The position numbers were made by a program, and so were the translations under genes. Below, piece by piece: positions 1 to 10,716 of a DNA stretch of 64,000 nucleotides. The notes under the pieces were generated by a model. The model was not told the origin of the DNA. It saw only the letters and a program-made list of their open reading frames with translations, and did no database searches. Source of the DNA: Gammaproteobacteria bacterium (GTDB lineage Bacteria > Pseudomonadota > Gammaproteobacteria > Eutrophobiales > Eutrophobiaceae); contig CAXMWX010000001.1 in assembly GCA_963422205.2 (NCBI GenBank), positions 192,001 through 256,000 on the forward strand, in the 5' to 3' direction. Numbering within the stretch: position 1 is the first letter of the stretch; each line of letters begins with the position of its first letter.

Positions 1-425
1 CCCCCCAGGCCAGCGATCCCGCACTCACGAATGACCTCCTGTAACAGCTTAGGGTCAACCGAGGCGTATTCATTCACCGGCTCGATATCAAACAGCGTAT
101 CCTCGCCATCCGGTTCCAGCACGATGCACGGTGCATCGAGGCCGGACGGATGCGGCACGGGGTAGTCGCCGATGTCGGTGATCGCACCGGAGGTGCTGGC
201 ATGTACCGGCACACTCACATAGCCACTGGCGCGGGCGATCGGCTGGCCCTTGCGTACCTTATCGCCCGGCTTGACGATAGGCACAGCGGCGATGCCGATA
301 TGCTGCTGCAAGGGCAGAAACATCCGCTCCGGCAAGGGGTGCAGGATGGATGGCTTCTGGTTGGTGATCTCCTTGTGCGGTGTCAGTGACAGCCCCCCGG
401 GAAAGCGGTGCAATGCCCGGCTCAT
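1..425 (-). CDS. rsxC: Electron transport complex subunit RsxC/RnfC, N-terminal part (runs off window edge)
   Basis: Manual translation from ATG at 425 gives MSRALHRFPGGL...LPLQQHIGIAAVPIVKPGDKVRKGQPIA...PVHASTSG...GIAGLGG, typical of the RnfC N-terminus; start overlaps the rsxB stop. Confidence 0.9.
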   Translation of the reverse strand, partial: MSRALHRFPGGLSLTPHKEITNQKPSILHPLPERMFLPLQQHIGIAAVPIVKPGDKVRKGQPIARASGYVSVPVHASTSGAITDIGDYPVPHPSGLDAPCIVLEPDGEDTLFDIEPVNEYASVDPKLLQEVIRECGIAGLG

Positions 426-991
426 GAGGCTTGCCCGTATCGGGGGGCCGGGTTTTGCCATTGCCAGTGCGGCGGCGGTGCCGGGATAATACGGATGCAA
501 TCCACCGGGCAGGGCGGCAGACACAGTTCACAGCCGGTGCAGTGGGCGGGAATGATGACGTGTAGCTGTCTGGCCGCCCCGATGATCGCATCCACCGGGC
601 AGACATGGAGGCATTTGACACAGCCGATGCACCGGTCCGGATCGATATGGGCAATGCGTGCCGCCGGTCGCCCGTTGTCGCCAGCGTTCTCCGAACGGCC
701 AAGTAACCGGGCCAGTTTGTTTTGTGTGCGGTTGCCACCGGGCGGGCACAGGGAGAGGGATTCATTGGCATGGATCAGGGCAGCGGCATAAGGCGCACAG
801 CCCGCATAGCCGCATTTGCCACACTGGGTCTGGGGCAGCAGCCGGTTCACCTGTTGCAGCAATTCAGACCGGGCGCTCGCCTTGTCTTCCTGCCCCTCGC
901 CTGTCTGGCAATCATCAAACCGCAGCAACAGCAGAGACAACACGACACTGATGATGCTGGCAACAGCCAGGGCCGAGAGCAGCGCCAACAT
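422..991 (-). CDS. rsxB: Electron transport complex subunit RsxB/RnfB
   Basis: LPQTQCGKCGYAGC, CPPGG and two ferredoxin motifs (CIGCVKCLHVCP, CTGCELCLPPCP); N-terminal TM helix. Confidence 0.93.
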   Translation of the reverse strand: MLALLSALAVASIISVVLSLLLLRFDDCQTGEGQEDKASARSELLQQVNRLLPQTQCGKCGYAGCAPYAAALIHANESLSLCPPGGNRTQNKLARLLGRSENAGDNGRPAARIAHIDPDRCIGCVKCLHVCPVDAIIGAARQLHVIIPAHCTGCELCLPPCPVDCIRIIPAPPPHWQWQNPAPRYGQAS

Positions 992-1573
992 CTAGGATGC
1001 CGCCAGCCCGGTAAAGCCGAGAAAGGCCATGGCGATCAGCCCCAGGGTAATCAGCTGTATGGACAGGCCCTTGACCGGTGCCGGCAGATCGGCCACTTGC
1101 AGGCGGGCATCAATGGCCGTGAACATCAGCAACACCAGCGCAAACCCCACGCCCGTGCCAAGACCAAAGGCGATCGCAGCCGGGAGGCCAGGATTGCGCT
1201 CAAGCGTCAGCAGGCCGCCGGCCAGCAGCAGGCTGTTCATGGTCAGCAGGGCCTTGAAACGGTGGCTGAGCTCGGCCAGATTGGCGGCCAGCCGCTGTAT
1301 CGGTTTATCGGAGAGCTGGATGATGGCAAAGATACATAACACCAGTAGCAGATAACGAAAGCTGTGCATCCCGGCCAGGCTGAAGAGGGTGATATTAATA
1401 AGGTAGATCACCACGCTGGTCAGGGTCAGCAGATAGATCATGACCAGAGATAATTCGCCTGCCAGCCGCAGCCGCCTTGATGCTGCCAGCAGCGGGCTGA
1501 TGCCGAACAGGTGGTGTACAACGATGTTGTTTACCAGGGCCGTGGCGATGACGATGGAGAGCAGGGTGAGCAT
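992..1573 (-). CDS. rsxA: Electron transport complex subunit RsxA/RnfA
   Basis: Hydrophobic 193 aa, ALVNNIV start and ITLGLIAMAFLGF end; adjacent to rsxB. Confidence 0.88.
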   Translation of the reverse strand: MLTLLSIVIATALVNNIVVHHLFGISPLLAASRRLRLAGELSLVMIYLLTLTSVVIYLINITLFSLAGMHSFRYLLLVLCIFAIIQLSDKPIQRLAANLAELSHRFKALLTMNSLLLAGGLLTLERNPGLPAAIAFGLGTGVGFALVLLMFTAIDARLQVADLPAPVKGLSIQLITLGLIAMAFLGFTGLAAS

Positions 1574-1594
1574 GATTTTCAGGTGATGCCGTGG

Positions 1595-3610
1595 CTATTG
1601 TACGCGCATACCCGGTGCTGCTCCGCTATCGGGTTGCAGCAGATACATATCGCTGCTGCCATCGCTGGCCGCCAGCACCATGCCCTCGGAGATTCCAAAG
1701 CGCATCTTGCGGGGCGCCAGGTTGGCGACCATGACCGTCAGGCGTCCTTCCAGAGTGGCCGGGTCATAGGCCGATTTGATGCCAGCGAAGACCCGGCGTG
1801 TCTGCCCGCCGGTATCGAGCGTGAGTTGCAGCAGCCTGTCGGCCCCGGCCACCGGTTCCGCCTTGATGATCCTGGCAATCCGCAAGTCCAGCTTCATGAA
1901 GTCCTCTATGCTGATCAGTTCGGCAGCGGGTTGATCCTGACGCTGTGGGTTCGGCGTGGTACCGGTATTCAGGTTGGCTTTGCTGGCTTTAATCATGGCA
2001 TCTATGTTGTCCTGGGTCATGCGAATCATAAGGGGTTTGAATCTGTTGATGGTATGGTTTAGCAGTGGCTGGTCCAGATCATCCCAGGCCAGCGGTGCGC
2101 TGTTAAGAAAGGCTTCGGCAGCGGCTGCTGTTGCCGGCAGGACGGGCTTTAGGTAGATCATGAGCTGCCGGAACAGGTTGATCCCCTGTGTGCATATCGC
2201 CTGCAATCGGGCCTCATCATCTGCCTGGCGGGCGATGACCCAGGGCTTGTGTGCATCAATGTATTGATTGGCCTCATCGGCCAGTGCCATGATCCGGCGC
2301 ATGGCACGGGCATATTCACGCTGCTCATACGCACTGGCGATCTCCCCGGCTGCTGTACTAAAGGCGGCAAACAGCGCGCTGTCATGCAGCCTGCCACCGA
2401 GTTGGTTTTGAAAACGCTTGTGAATAAAACCGGCACAGCGGCTGGCGATATTGATCACCTTGCCCACCAGGTCGGAGTTCACTCTGAGGATAAAATCCTC
2501 CAGATTGAGATCGATATCCTCCACCCCGGCCCCCAGCCTGGCAGCGAAGTAATAGCGAAGATATTCAGGATTTAAGTGCTGGCTATAGGTCTCGGCGGTG
2601 ATGTATGTGCCGCGTGACTTTGACATTTTCTGCCCATCAACCGTCAGAAAGCCATGCACAAAAATGCCGTTGGGTTTGCGGAAACCGCTGGCTTGCAGCA
2701 TGGCCGGCCAGAACAGGGCATGGAAATACATGATGTCTTTGCCGATGAAGTGGTACAACTCAACCTCGCTGTCGGGCTGAAGGTAGTCGTCAATATTCAC
2801 CGCCTGGCGATCACACCAGTTTTTCAAGGAGGCGAAATAACCGATCGGTGCATCTACCCAGACATAAAAATATTTGCCCGGCGCATCCGGGATTTCAAAA
2901 CCGAAATAGGGTGCATCCCGGGAGATATCCCACGCCTGTAACCCGGCGGCAAACCATTCCTTGAGTTTATTGCTGATCTCATCCTGCAAATGCCCGCTGG
3001 CCGTCCAGTCTTGCAGCATGTCGGCAAAGGCCGGCAGATCAAAAAAATAATGCTCGGATTCTTTGACCAGCGGGGTAGTGCCCGAGATAGCCGATACCGG
3101 ATTGATCAAATCTGCCGGGGCATAGGTGCGGTTACACTGCTCACAACTATCGCCATATTGATCTGCTGCATGGCAAAACGGACACTCGCCGCGGATAAAG
3201 CGATCCGGCAGGAACAGCGATTTTTCCGCATCGTATAACTGCGTGATGCGGCGGCGCGTGATATGCCCGGCGGCTTGCAGGCGGCGGTAGATGAGGTGGG
3301 CAAAATAGCGGTTCTCTTCTGAATGGGTGGAATGATAGTTATCAAAGCCGATATGAAAGGCAGCAAAGTCACGCTTGTGTTCGTTTGCCGTGCGCTCGAT
3401 CAATGCCTCGGGCGTCACCCCCTCCTGTTCGGCTTTGAGCATGATGGGTGTTCCATGGGCATCATCGGCGCAGACATAAACACAGTCATGGCCGCACAGC
3501 CGCTGGAAACGTACCCAGATGTCGGTCTGAATATACTCCAGCAGATGACCGATATGGATCGGCCCGTTGGCATAGGGCAGGGCGCTGGTGATCAGTATTT
3601 TTCTCATCAT
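1595..3610 (-). CDS. metG: Methionine--tRNA ligase
   Basis: [18 protein letters not shown], Zn-knuckle cysteines, C-terminal tRNA-binding domain. Confidence 0.98.
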   Translation of the reverse strand: MMRKILITSALPYANGPIHIGHLLEYIQTDIWVRFQRLCGHDCVYVCADDAHGTPIMLKAEQEGVTPEALIERTANEHKRDFAAFHIGFDNYHSTHSEENRYFAHLIYRRLQAAGHITRRRITQLYDAEKSLFLPDRFIRGECPFCHAADQYGDSCEQCNRTYAPADLINPVSAISGTTPLVKESEHYFFDLPAFADMLQDWTASGHLQDEISNKLKEWFAAGLQAWDISRDAPYFGFEIPDAPGKYFYVWVDAPIGYFASLKNWCDRQAVNIDDYLQPDSEVELYHFIGKDIMYFHALFWPAMLQASGFRKPNGIFVHGFLTVDGQKMSKSRGTYITAETYSQHLNPEYLRYYFAARLGAGVEDIDLNLEDFILRVNSDLVGKVINIASRCAGFIHKRFQNQLGGRLHDSALFAAFSTAAGEIASAYEQREYARAMRRIMALADEANQYIDAHKPWVIARQADDEARLQAICTQGINLFRQLMIYLKPVLPATAAAAEAFLNSAPLAWDDLDQPLLNHTINRFKPLMIRMTQDNIDAMIKASKANLNTGTTPNPQRQDQPAAELISIEDFMKLDLRIARIIKAEPVAGADRLLQLTLDTGGQTRRVFAGIKSAYDPATLEGRLTVMVANLAPRKMRFGISEGMVLAASDGSSDMYLLQPDSGAAPGMRVQ

Positions 3611-3766
3611 CAATTACGTTACCCGATCAACGGGTTATAAGCACTTGTCAATCAGCGACCTAACTTATCATCATTCCCATGCCGGGTGAAGCAAAGCCAT
3701 GATAAGAGATGGTAAAATCGTGTAGAATGCCTAGCGTGTTTGAACAGACAGACAGGTTGCCGCACG

Positions 3767-4855
3767 ATGCCAATCAGTAATGAGAAGATCGAAGATGCAC
3801 TGACAAATGTGATCGATGTCCACCTGCAACAGGATATTATCACCGCCGGCATGGTCAGGGAAATCGTCACCGATGCCGACCAGGTGAGCATACACTTAGA
3901 GCTTGCCTATCCGGCGGCCAGCTACCATGCCAGCTTGCAGCAGCAGATTGAACAATGCCTGCAAAACAACACGAACATCAGCTCCGTGCAGTGCCGGTTC
4001 AGCACCAACATCGTATCCCATGCGGTGCAAAAAGGCGTCAAGCCGCTGGATAATGTCAAGAATACCCTGGTTGTCGCCTCCGGCAAGGGCGGCGTGGGCA
4101 AGTCCACCACCGCCGTTAATCTGGCGCTGGCCTTGCAGGGTGAAGGTGCCAGTGTGGGTATTCTCGATGCCGACATCTACGGCCCCAGCCAGCCACGTAT
4201 GCTGGGTTGCCAGGCCAAGCCCGACAGCCCGGATGGCAAGCGCATTGAGCCGAACATCAGCTACCAGTTGCAATCCATGTCCATCGGGTATCTGGTCAAT
4301 GAAGAGACGCCCATGATCTGGCGGGGGCCGATGGTGACCTCCGCCTTGGAGCAGTTGCTGGGGGATACGAATTGGTCCGGGCTGGATTATCTGGTGATCG
4401 ATCTGCCGCCCGGCACGGGCGATATTCAGCTTACCCTGTGCCAGAAGATACCGGTCTCCGGGGCCATCATCGTCACCACCCCGCAGGACATTGCCCTGCT
4501 GGATGCGCGCAAGGGCCTGGGCATGTTTGAGAAAGTGGCGGTGCCGGTGCTGGGGATCGTGGAGAACATGAGCACGCATATCTGTCGCAACTGTGGCCAT
4601 GAAGAGCCTATCTTCGGTCACGGTGGCGGCCAGCAGATGGCACAGCAACATGGGGTTGATCTGCTTGGCACCTTGCCGCTGGACCGGGCTATCCGTGAAG
4701 GTGCAGATAATGGCCGGCCGACCGTGGCGATGGATGCCGACTCCGCCATTGCCGCCACCTACCGCACCATCGCCCGCAATGCCGCCGCCCGGCTGTCCCG
4801 GCGCGCAAAAGATTACAGCGGCAGGTTTCCGAAGATTGTCGTGGAGACGGCCTGA
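3767..4855 (+). CDS. apbC: Fe-S cluster carrier ATPase ApbC/Mrp
   Basis: [30 protein letters not shown]...CxxC; divergent from metG; start taken at second Met. Confidence 0.95.
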   Translation: MPISNEKIEDALTNVIDVHLQQDIITAGMVREIVTDADQVSIHLELAYPAASYHASLQQQIEQCLQNNTNISSVQCRFSTNIVSHAVQKGVKPLDNVKNTLVVASGKGGVGKSTTAVNLALALQGEGASVGILDADIYGPSQPRMLGCQAKPDSPDGKRIEPNISYQLQSMSIGYLVNEETPMIWRGPMVTSALEQLLGDTNWSGLDYLVIDLPPGTGDIQLTLCQKIPVSGAIIVTTPQDIALLDARKGLGMFEKVAVPVLGIVENMSTHICRNCGHEEPIFGHGGGQQMAQQHGVDLLGTLPLDRAIREGADNGRPTVAMDADSAIAATYRTIARNAAARLSRRAKDYSGRFPKIVVETA

Positions 4856-5421
4856 TGCCGGTAAAAAGCGATCGCTGGATCAGACGCATGGCCGCTGAGC
4901 AGCAGTTGATTGCCCCGTTTGAGCCGGCACAGGTCAGGCAAAGCGGCAGCACCCGCCTGATTTCCTACGGCACCTCCAGCTACGGTTATGATGTGCGTTG
5001 TTCCGATGAGTTTAAGATTTTCACCAATATCAATTCCGCCATTGTTGATCCGAAGAATTTTGACGAGAGCAGTTTTGTTGATTTTACCGGCGAGGTCTGC
5101 ATCATCCCGCCGAATTCTTTTGCCCTGGCAAAGACAGTCGAATATTTTCATATCCCGCGCAACGTGCTGACGATTTGTCTGGGCAAATCGACCTATGCCC
5201 GTTGCGGCATCATCGTCAACGTCACGCCGCTGGAGCCGGAGTGGGAAGGGCATGTCACGCTGGAGTTCTCCAACACCACGCCGCTGCCGGCCAGGGTCTA
5301 TGCCAACGAGGGCGTTGCCCAGGTCATTTTTCTGCAATCCGATGAGCCTTGCGAGGTGTCCTATAAAGACAAAGGCGGCAAGTACCAGGGCCAGCGGGGC
5401 GTTACCCTGCCAAGGGCCTAG
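4855..5421 (+). CDS. dcd: dCTP deaminase
   Basis: [29 protein letters not shown]. Confidence 0.97.
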   Translation: MPVKSDRWIRRMAAEQQLIAPFEPAQVRQSGSTRLISYGTSSYGYDVRCSDEFKIFTNINSAIVDPKNFDESSFVDFTGEVCIIPPNSFALAKTVEYFHIPRNVLTICLGKSTYARCGIIVNVTPLEPEWEGHVTLEFSNTTPLPARVYANEGVAQVIFLQSDEPCEVSYKDKGGKYQGQRGVTLPRA

Positions 5422-5607
5422 TTCGGAGATCCCCGGATCGTTATCTGCCCATGCTGTGAATTTCGGCCCGGCAGCACGCCCCCGGAAGACTGTGACGAAA
5501 AACCTGCGGCTGTCCTGGACGCCGCTTTGCCCGCCCTCTGCTTCGCCTCTGCCAGCAGGGGGCATCATCGCCTGTCGACTTGGCTGCAATCCCGCCTACA
5601 ATAACGC

Positions 5608-7002
5608 ATGTATTTCTTTCCGGCATTTTTGAATCTGCAAGATCGCACCTGCCTGGTGGTGGGCGGCGGGGATGTTGCCTTACGCAAGATTCAGCCACTG
5701 CACAGGGCCGGGGCGCAACTGCGGGTGGTGGCGCCGGACATCTCCCCGGCGATAAGCCGCCTGCTGGCCACCGCGCCGCATGAATTGCACGAGCGGGCAT
5801 TTGCCAGGCCGGATATGGACGGGTGCGCCGTGGTGATCGCCGCCACCGATGATGAGGCCGTCAACAAGGCGGTATACCAGCAGGCGATGCAAAGCAATCT
5901 GCCGGTCAACACGGTTGATAACCTGGCGCTGTGCAGCTTCATCGTGCCGTCCACCGTGGATCGCGCCCCGGTGCAGATAGCCATCTCTACCGGTGGTACT
6001 TCGCCGGTGCTGGCGCGCCTGCTGCGCTCACGCCTGGAGACCCTCATCCCGTCCGGGTTCGGCAGGCTCGTCAGCTTGATGGGGGAGTTTCGCGATCAGG
6101 TGAAACAGCGTTTTCCAAATACCGATCAGCGGCGGCGCTTTTGGGAGAGAACAATACAGGGCCCCATCGCCGAGATGATGTTTGCCGGCCAGGACAAGGC
6201 CGCCCTGGCGGCTTTACGCCGGCAACTGACAGATCAGAATGCACGCGTTGAGCAGACCGGTGAGGTGTATCTGATCGGCGGCGGGCCGGGCGATCCTGAC
6301 CTGCTCACCTTTCGCGCCCTGCGGCTGATGCAACAGGCCGATGTGGTGTTGTACGATCGTCTGCTGGCCCCGGCCATCCTGGAACTGGTCAGGCGCGATG
6401 CGGAGCGAATCTATGTCGGGAAAAAACAGGACCGTCATGCGGTGCCACAGACGGAGATCAATGAACGGCTGATCACGCTGGCAAAACAGGGCAAGCGGGT
6501 ATGTCGCTTAAAGGGCGGCGACCCGTTCATCTTTGGCCGAGGCGGGGAGGAGATCGCCGAGCTGGCTGCCGCCGGCATACCGTTTCAAATCGTCCCCGGT
6601 ATCACGGCGGCGGCTGGTTGTGCCGCTTATGCGGGGATCCCCTTAACGCATCGTGATCATGCACAAGCCTGTTTGTTTATCACCGCTCACCTCAAGGACG
6701 GCGCCCTGGATATGAACTGGCCGGCGCTGATACAGCCGCAGCAGACGCTGGCGATCTATATGGGCGTCAGCGGCATTGAGGTATTGACAAGGGAGCTGTT
6801 GCGCCACGGCATGGCCGCCGCATTGCCCGCCGCCATCGTTCAGCAGGGGACAACACCACAGCAAAAAATCTACATAGGCACCGTGAGTACGTTGCCGGAT
6901 ATTGTCATGCACAACGACATCAAGGCGCCCGCCATGATCATCATCGGCGAGGTGGTGAAGCTGCATGAAAGACTGGCATGGTATGCCGAGGGCAAGCGAT
7001 AG
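5608..7002 (+). CDS. cysG: Siroheme synthase
   Basis: N-terminal VVGGG dehydrogenase/chelatase part plus GPGDPDLLT and LKGGDPFIFGRGGEE methyltransferase motifs. Confidence 0.96.
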   Translation: MYFFPAFLNLQDRTCLVVGGGDVALRKIQPLHRAGAQLRVVAPDISPAISRLLATAPHELHERAFARPDMDGCAVVIAATDDEAVNKAVYQQAMQSNLPVNTVDNLALCSFIVPSTVDRAPVQIAISTGGTSPVLARLLRSRLETLIPSGFGRLVSLMGEFRDQVKQRFPNTDQRRRFWERTIQGPIAEMMFAGQDKAALAALRRQLTDQNARVEQTGEVYLIGGGPGDPDLLTFRALRLMQQADVVLYDRLLAPAILELVRRDAERIYVGKKQDRHAVPQTEINERLITLAKQGKRVCRLKGGDPFIFGRGGEEIAELAAAGIPFQIVPGITAAAGCAAYAGIPLTHRDHAQACLFITAHLKDGALDMNWPALIQPQQTLAIYMGVSGIEVLTRELLRHGMAAALPAAIVQQGTTPQQKIYIGTVSTLPDIVMHNDIKAPAMIIIGEVVKLHERLAWYAEGKR

Positions 7003-7050
7003 CCGCCCAAAAAATCGGCCTGCTGGCAGGTTGGTCTCATCCGCCATGCC

Positions 7051-7072
7051 TGACGATGACGATGACGATGAC
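7051..7072. repeat. Hexamer microsatellite (GACGAT)n, about 3.5 units
   Basis: tgacgatgacgatgacgatgac read directly. Confidence 0.8.
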
Positions 7073-7075
7073 CTT

Positions 7076-7348
7076 GTCCGGTTAGCCCACACCTCTGCCC
7101 CTAACCAAACGCAAGACCGCCGCCTTGGTCTTTCCTTCCATTATATGCCGACCTGCACCAGGCAAATCATCGGCGCCTGGGACAGCGCCGCCCTGGTGCG
7201 CGGGGAAGACCGCTTTGGGCATTTTGAAATAACTCCCCGCCCCACCCAGGACTATGATCCTCAAGTGCTGCCTTTCCATGAAAAAGCGACCCATGCCATG
7301 CGGGACGTCTTGTTCAAAGAGGCTGAAAAAGTGCGCTCCACCCTTTGA
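7076..7348 (+). pseudogene. 3' fragment of a phytanoyl-CoA dioxygenase (PhyH)-family gene
   Basis: LAHTSAPNQTQDRRLGLSFHY...DSAALVRGEDRFGHF resembles the PhyH C-terminus; no HxD motif or N-terminal two-thirds; upstream of it is low-complexity sequence. Confidence 0.6.
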
Positions 7349-7625
7349 GTCGCCTAAAGCAAAGACATGGTTCTGAAGAGATAACAGAAATTTTTCGTAT
7401 TTTTGCCTGAAAATATTTTGCATCGGAAGGTGATGGCTTTGCTTTTTGTTGGTCAAGCGGTTTTATCTTCCTCCTTCCGTTATTCATGGGTTGCCCATGG
7501 CGTTCTATGTGTTCCATTCGGGGCAGTGGGTTGTCTTTTGGCTGGCGAGTAGAATAGCAGATATAATCGAAAATGCGCCTTTGGCAGATAAGGTCATCGC
7601 ACCAATTAAGATAAAGAAAATACCT

Positions 7626-9335
7626 ATGGCTAACAAACAACAGAAATCGGACTTGCGAGGGAAAGAGCCGCTCGCAAAACAGCTTTGGAGGGCGGCAGAT
7701 AAGCTCAGAAAGAACATCGATGCCGCAGAGTACAAGCACGTTGTTCTGGGGTTAATGTTCCTGCGTTATATCTCCGATGCCTTTGAAGCGCTCTATCAAC
7801 AGCTCAAAGCAGGCGAAGGCGAATATGCCGGCGCCGACCCGGAAGACAAAGACGAATACAAGGCGGAAAATGTCTTTTTTGTGCCAAAGGAATCGCGCTG
7901 GCGTCACCTGCTCAACGAAGCGAAGAAACCCACCATTGGCAAGCGCATTGATGAGGCCATGGATGCCATCGAAAAGGAAAACCCTGCCTTGTTGAAAGGG
8001 GTGCTGCCGAAAGTCTATGCCCGCCAAAACCTGGATCCGGTCAGTCTTGGCGAATTGCTCGACCTGATCGCCAATATCGCCTTGGGCGATACCAAACAGC
8101 AAAGCGCCGATGTGCTCGGCCATGTGTTTGAGTATTTCCTCGGCGAATTTGCCCTGGCAGAAGGCAAGAAAGGCGGGCAATTCTACACGCCAGCAAGTGT
8201 CGTAGGCTTATTGGTGGCAATGCTGGAACCCTATCAGGGCCGCGTGTTTGATCCCTGCTGTGGTTCGGGCGGTATGTTTGTGCAGTCGGAAAAGTTCGTC
8301 CTGGAGCATCAGGGAAGAATCAATGACATTTCCATCTACGGACAGGAAAGCAACCAGACCACCTGGCGGCTGGCGAAAATGAACCTCGCCATACGCGGCA
8401 TCGACAGCTCACAGGTAAAATGGAACAATGAGGGCTCATTTCTCAACGATGCCCACAAAGACGTCAAAGTCGATACCATCATCGCCAATCCGCCGTTTAA
8501 CGACAGCGACTGGAGCGGTGATGTATTGCGTAAAGACGGGCGCTGGCAGTTCGGTGTACCGCCACAAGGCAACGCCAACTATGCCTGGATTCAGCACTTC
8601 CTGTACCACCTCGCCCCCGGCGGACAAGCGGGTTTTGTGCTGGCAAAAGGGGCCTTGACCTCCAAATCCTCCGGGGAGTGGGAGATACGCAAAAACCTGA
8701 TTGAAGCCGACCTGATCGACTGCATCGTCAACCTGCCCGCCAAACTGTTCCTCAATACGCAGATCCCCGCCTGCCTTTGGTTTATGCGAAGGAATAGAAA
8801 CCACCCCGCCCTAAAGGGCACCCCTCCATCGGAGGGGAATGTACCGCCTCGCCTTTCAGGCACCCCGCCAATGGAGGGGAATGTACCACCCCGCCTTTCA
8901 GGCACCCCGCCACCGGAGGGGAATCGAAGCAAGGAGATTCTTTTTATTGATGCCAGAAACCTCGGCCACCTCATCAACAGACGCACCAGGGAATTTTCAA
9001 AAGCAGACATTCAAACGATTGCCGACACCTACCACAACTGGCGCCATTCCCCTCCCTCGGAGGGGTGGCAGCCGTCAGAGACGGCTGACGGGGCGGTTCA
9101 TGAGGGCAACTACGAAGACATCCCCGGCTTTTGCAATTCCGCTTCCATTGAGCGAGTCAAAGCGCTCGATTACGTCCTCACGCCGGGGCGCTATGTGGGG
9201 CTGGCCGGGGAAGACGATGACTTTGATTTTGCCGAACGATTCGCCCAACTCAAAGCCGAGTTTGCAACACAATTAAAAGAAGAAAGCAGGCTCAATGAGA
9301 TTATTGTTGCCAACCTGGATAAAATGAAACCATGA
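7626..9335 (+). CDS. hsdM: Type I RM methyltransferase subunit (N6-adenine)
   Basis: [24 protein letters not shown] (motif I), NPPF (motif IV), [10 protein letters not shown]; start taken at ATG 7626. Confidence 0.96.
   Translation: MANKQQKSDLRGKEPLAKQLWRAADKLRKNIDAAEYKHVVLGLMFLRYISDAFEALYQQLKAGEGEYAGADPEDKDEYKAENVFFVPKESRWRHLLNEAKKPTIGKRIDEAMDAIEKENPALLKGVLPKVYARQNLDPVSLGELLDLIANIALGDTKQQSADVLGHVFEYFLGEFALAEGKKGGQFYTPASVVGLLVAMLEPYQGRVFDPCCGSGGMFVQSEKFVLEHQGRINDISIYGQESNQTTWRLAKMNLAIRGIDSSQVKWNNEGSFLNDAHKDVKVDTIIANPPFNDSDWSGDVLRKDGRWQFGVPPQGNANYAWIQHFLYHLAPGGQAGFVLAKGALTSKSSGEWEIRKNLIEADLIDCIVNLPAKLFLNTQIPACLWFMRRNRNHPALKGTPPSEGNVPPRLSGTPPMEGNVPPRLSGTPPPEGNRSKEILFIDARNLGHLINRRTREFSKADIQTIADTYHNWRHSPPSEGWQPSETADGAVHEGNYEDIPGFCNSASIERVKALDYVLTPGRYVGLAGEDDDFDFAERFAQLKAEFATQLKEESRLNEIIVANLDKMKP
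8799..8924. repeat. Three tandem 42-bp palindromic units inside hsdM, in frame
   Basis: Units 8799-8840, 8841-8882, 8883-8924 each end CCCC(T/G)CC-N3-GGAGGGGAAT; they encode [14 protein letters not shown] / [14 protein letters not shown] / [14 protein letters not shown]. Confidence 0.92.
9046..9098. repeat. Same palindromic element, opposite orientation, inside hsdM
   Basis: attcccctcc-ctc-ggaggggtg-g-cagccgtc-aga-gacggctg-acggggcggtt. Confidence 0.88.
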
Positions 9336-9754
9336 ACATAGACACACAATTTCTCGCCCGTTGCCTTGCCGCATTGGAAAAAGCCATGCAGCAGCTACCA
9401 CAGTTTACCGAAGCCGACATTGAATACGACATCTACCGGGCGGCCATTGTCAAAGAGTTTGAGATTGCGCTGGAACAAAGTGGCAAGCTGTTAAAAAAAC
9501 GCCTGCAACCCTTTTTTCACACCCACAAAGCGGCGGACAGGCTTCACTTCAAAGACATCTTCCGTCAGGCCGGGCAACACGGGCTGCTGGACATAGACGA
9601 GGTGGAACGCTGGCTGGCATACCGCGACAACCGAAACGCCACCGCCCATGATTATGGCGCGGCGCTGGCGCAACAAACCCTGCCGCTGATGCCGCAATTT
9701 ATCACCGATGCCAAAAAACTGGTCAGCATACTGCAAGCCAACCATGATCATTAG
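9332..9754 (+). CDS. HEPN-domain protein (HI0074-like nucleotidyltransferase substrate-binding family), putative RNase toxin 1
   Basis: AIVKEFE, KDIFR, Rx4H motif RNATAH followed by DY; ATGA overlap with hsdM stop. Confidence 0.88.
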   Translation: MNIDTQFLARCLAALEKAMQQLPQFTEADIEYDIYRAAIVKEFEIALEQSGKLLKKRLQPFFHTHKAADRLHFKDIFRQAGQHGLLDIDEVERWLAYRDNRNATAHDYGAALAQQTLPLMPQFITDAKKLVSILQANHDH

Positions 9755-10070
9755 AGCAAAAGACCGGCAACGCATACAGCGCATCGCGGGCGAGGTATTC
9801 ACCGCACCATTGGAAATATGGGCCTATGGCAGCCGGGTCACACACCGGGCGCACCCATGCAGCGATTTGGATCTGGTCATCCGCACCGAAAGCCTGAGGC
9901 CGGTGGATAGGGGGCAGTTGCTGACGTTTACAGAGTTGCTGCAAGAATCCAACATCCCGTTTATTGTGCAGGTATTCGACTGGGCAGAGCTGCCCGACTC
10001 TTTTCGGCAAAACATCCTGAACCATTACCAGGTATTTTTTTCTTCCCTGCCGGAAAAGCACAGTGTATGA
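9744..10070 (+). CDS. Minimal nucleotidyltransferase (MNT), putative antitoxin 1
   Basis: GS-x10-DxD motif ([15 protein letters not shown]); overlaps HEPN gene end. Confidence 0.88.
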   Translation: MIIRAKDRQRIQRIAGEVFTAPLEIWAYGSRVTHRAHPCSDLDLVIRTESLRPVDRGQLLTFTELLQESNIPFIVQVFDWAELPDSFRQNILNHYQVFFSSLPEKHSV

Positions 10071-10288
10071 GCGGAGAGGTGCAAAAAATTGTATCAGGTA
10101 GAGACGCAACATTTTGCGTCTCTACAATGGTCACAAATTGCGACCGGTTCGATTCTTTGAGGTCACAATCTGTCACCTCAAAAGGGCGCGGGGGAAGACG
10201 ATATCTTCCCTATGCCTTCACCGAGCAGGGCATAGCCATGCTTTCAGCCGTGTTGCGTAGCGAGACGGCCATCACCAAAGCCATGTAA
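10067..10288 (+). pseudogene. ORF6N-family DNA-binding protein remnant
   Basis: [39 protein letters not shown] is the conserved ORF6N segment; N-terminal part absent, a REP palindrome lies there. Confidence 0.75.
10098..10125. repeat. GTAG-type REP palindrome
   Basis: gtagagacgcaa-catt-ttgcgtctctac, perfect 12-bp arms. Confidence 0.9.
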
Positions 10289-10308
10289 CATAAAGAACCT
10301 TATAAATT

Positions 10309-10716
10309 ATGAACAACGACAACCGATGGAAGCAACGCTTTCAAAACTTTGAAAAATCTTACCGGGTATTGCTGCGAAGGGTAGAAGAATATCAAACAGA
10401 CCCCAATTCAGAAGCCTACCAAATGGCACTGATCCAGGGGTTTGAAATACTACAGGAACTCAGTTGGAAAACCTTAAAAGACTATCTGGAAAATGAAGGG
10501 GTGCCGGTAAAACCCAATCCCAAAGACACTATTAGAAACGCTTTTCAAAATGAACTTGTTGCCCATCCCGAAGCCTGGATAAAAAGCATAGAAAACCGCC
10601 ACCGCACCAGCCACACGTACAATGAGAAAATATTACATGAAACCGTACATTACATTGCTGAAGATTTTTATCCCATTGTGCGCGACCTGTATGATCAATT
10701 AAAAGCCAGGCTATGA
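10309..10716 (+). CDS. HEPN-domain protein (HI0074-like), putative RNase toxin 2
   Basis: RWKQRFQNF, ALIQGFE...ELSWKTLKDYL, Rx4H motif RHRTSH followed by TY. Confidence 0.9.
   Translation: MNNDNRWKQRFQNFEKSYRVLLRRVEEYQTDPNSEAYQMALIQGFEILQELSWKTLKDYLENEGVPVKPNPKDTIRNAFQNELVAHPEAWIKSIENRHRTSHTYNEKILHETVHYIAEDFYPIVRDLYDQLKARL

Noticed and set aside
7446-7625. 60-codon N-terminal extension of hsdM
   Set aside because: TTG start with no HsdM-like sequence; ATG 7626 fits the family start better
8799-8924. Tandem palindromic 42-bp units as a CRISPR array
   Set aside because: No unique spacers, units lie in frame within hsdM, and no cas genes are in the window
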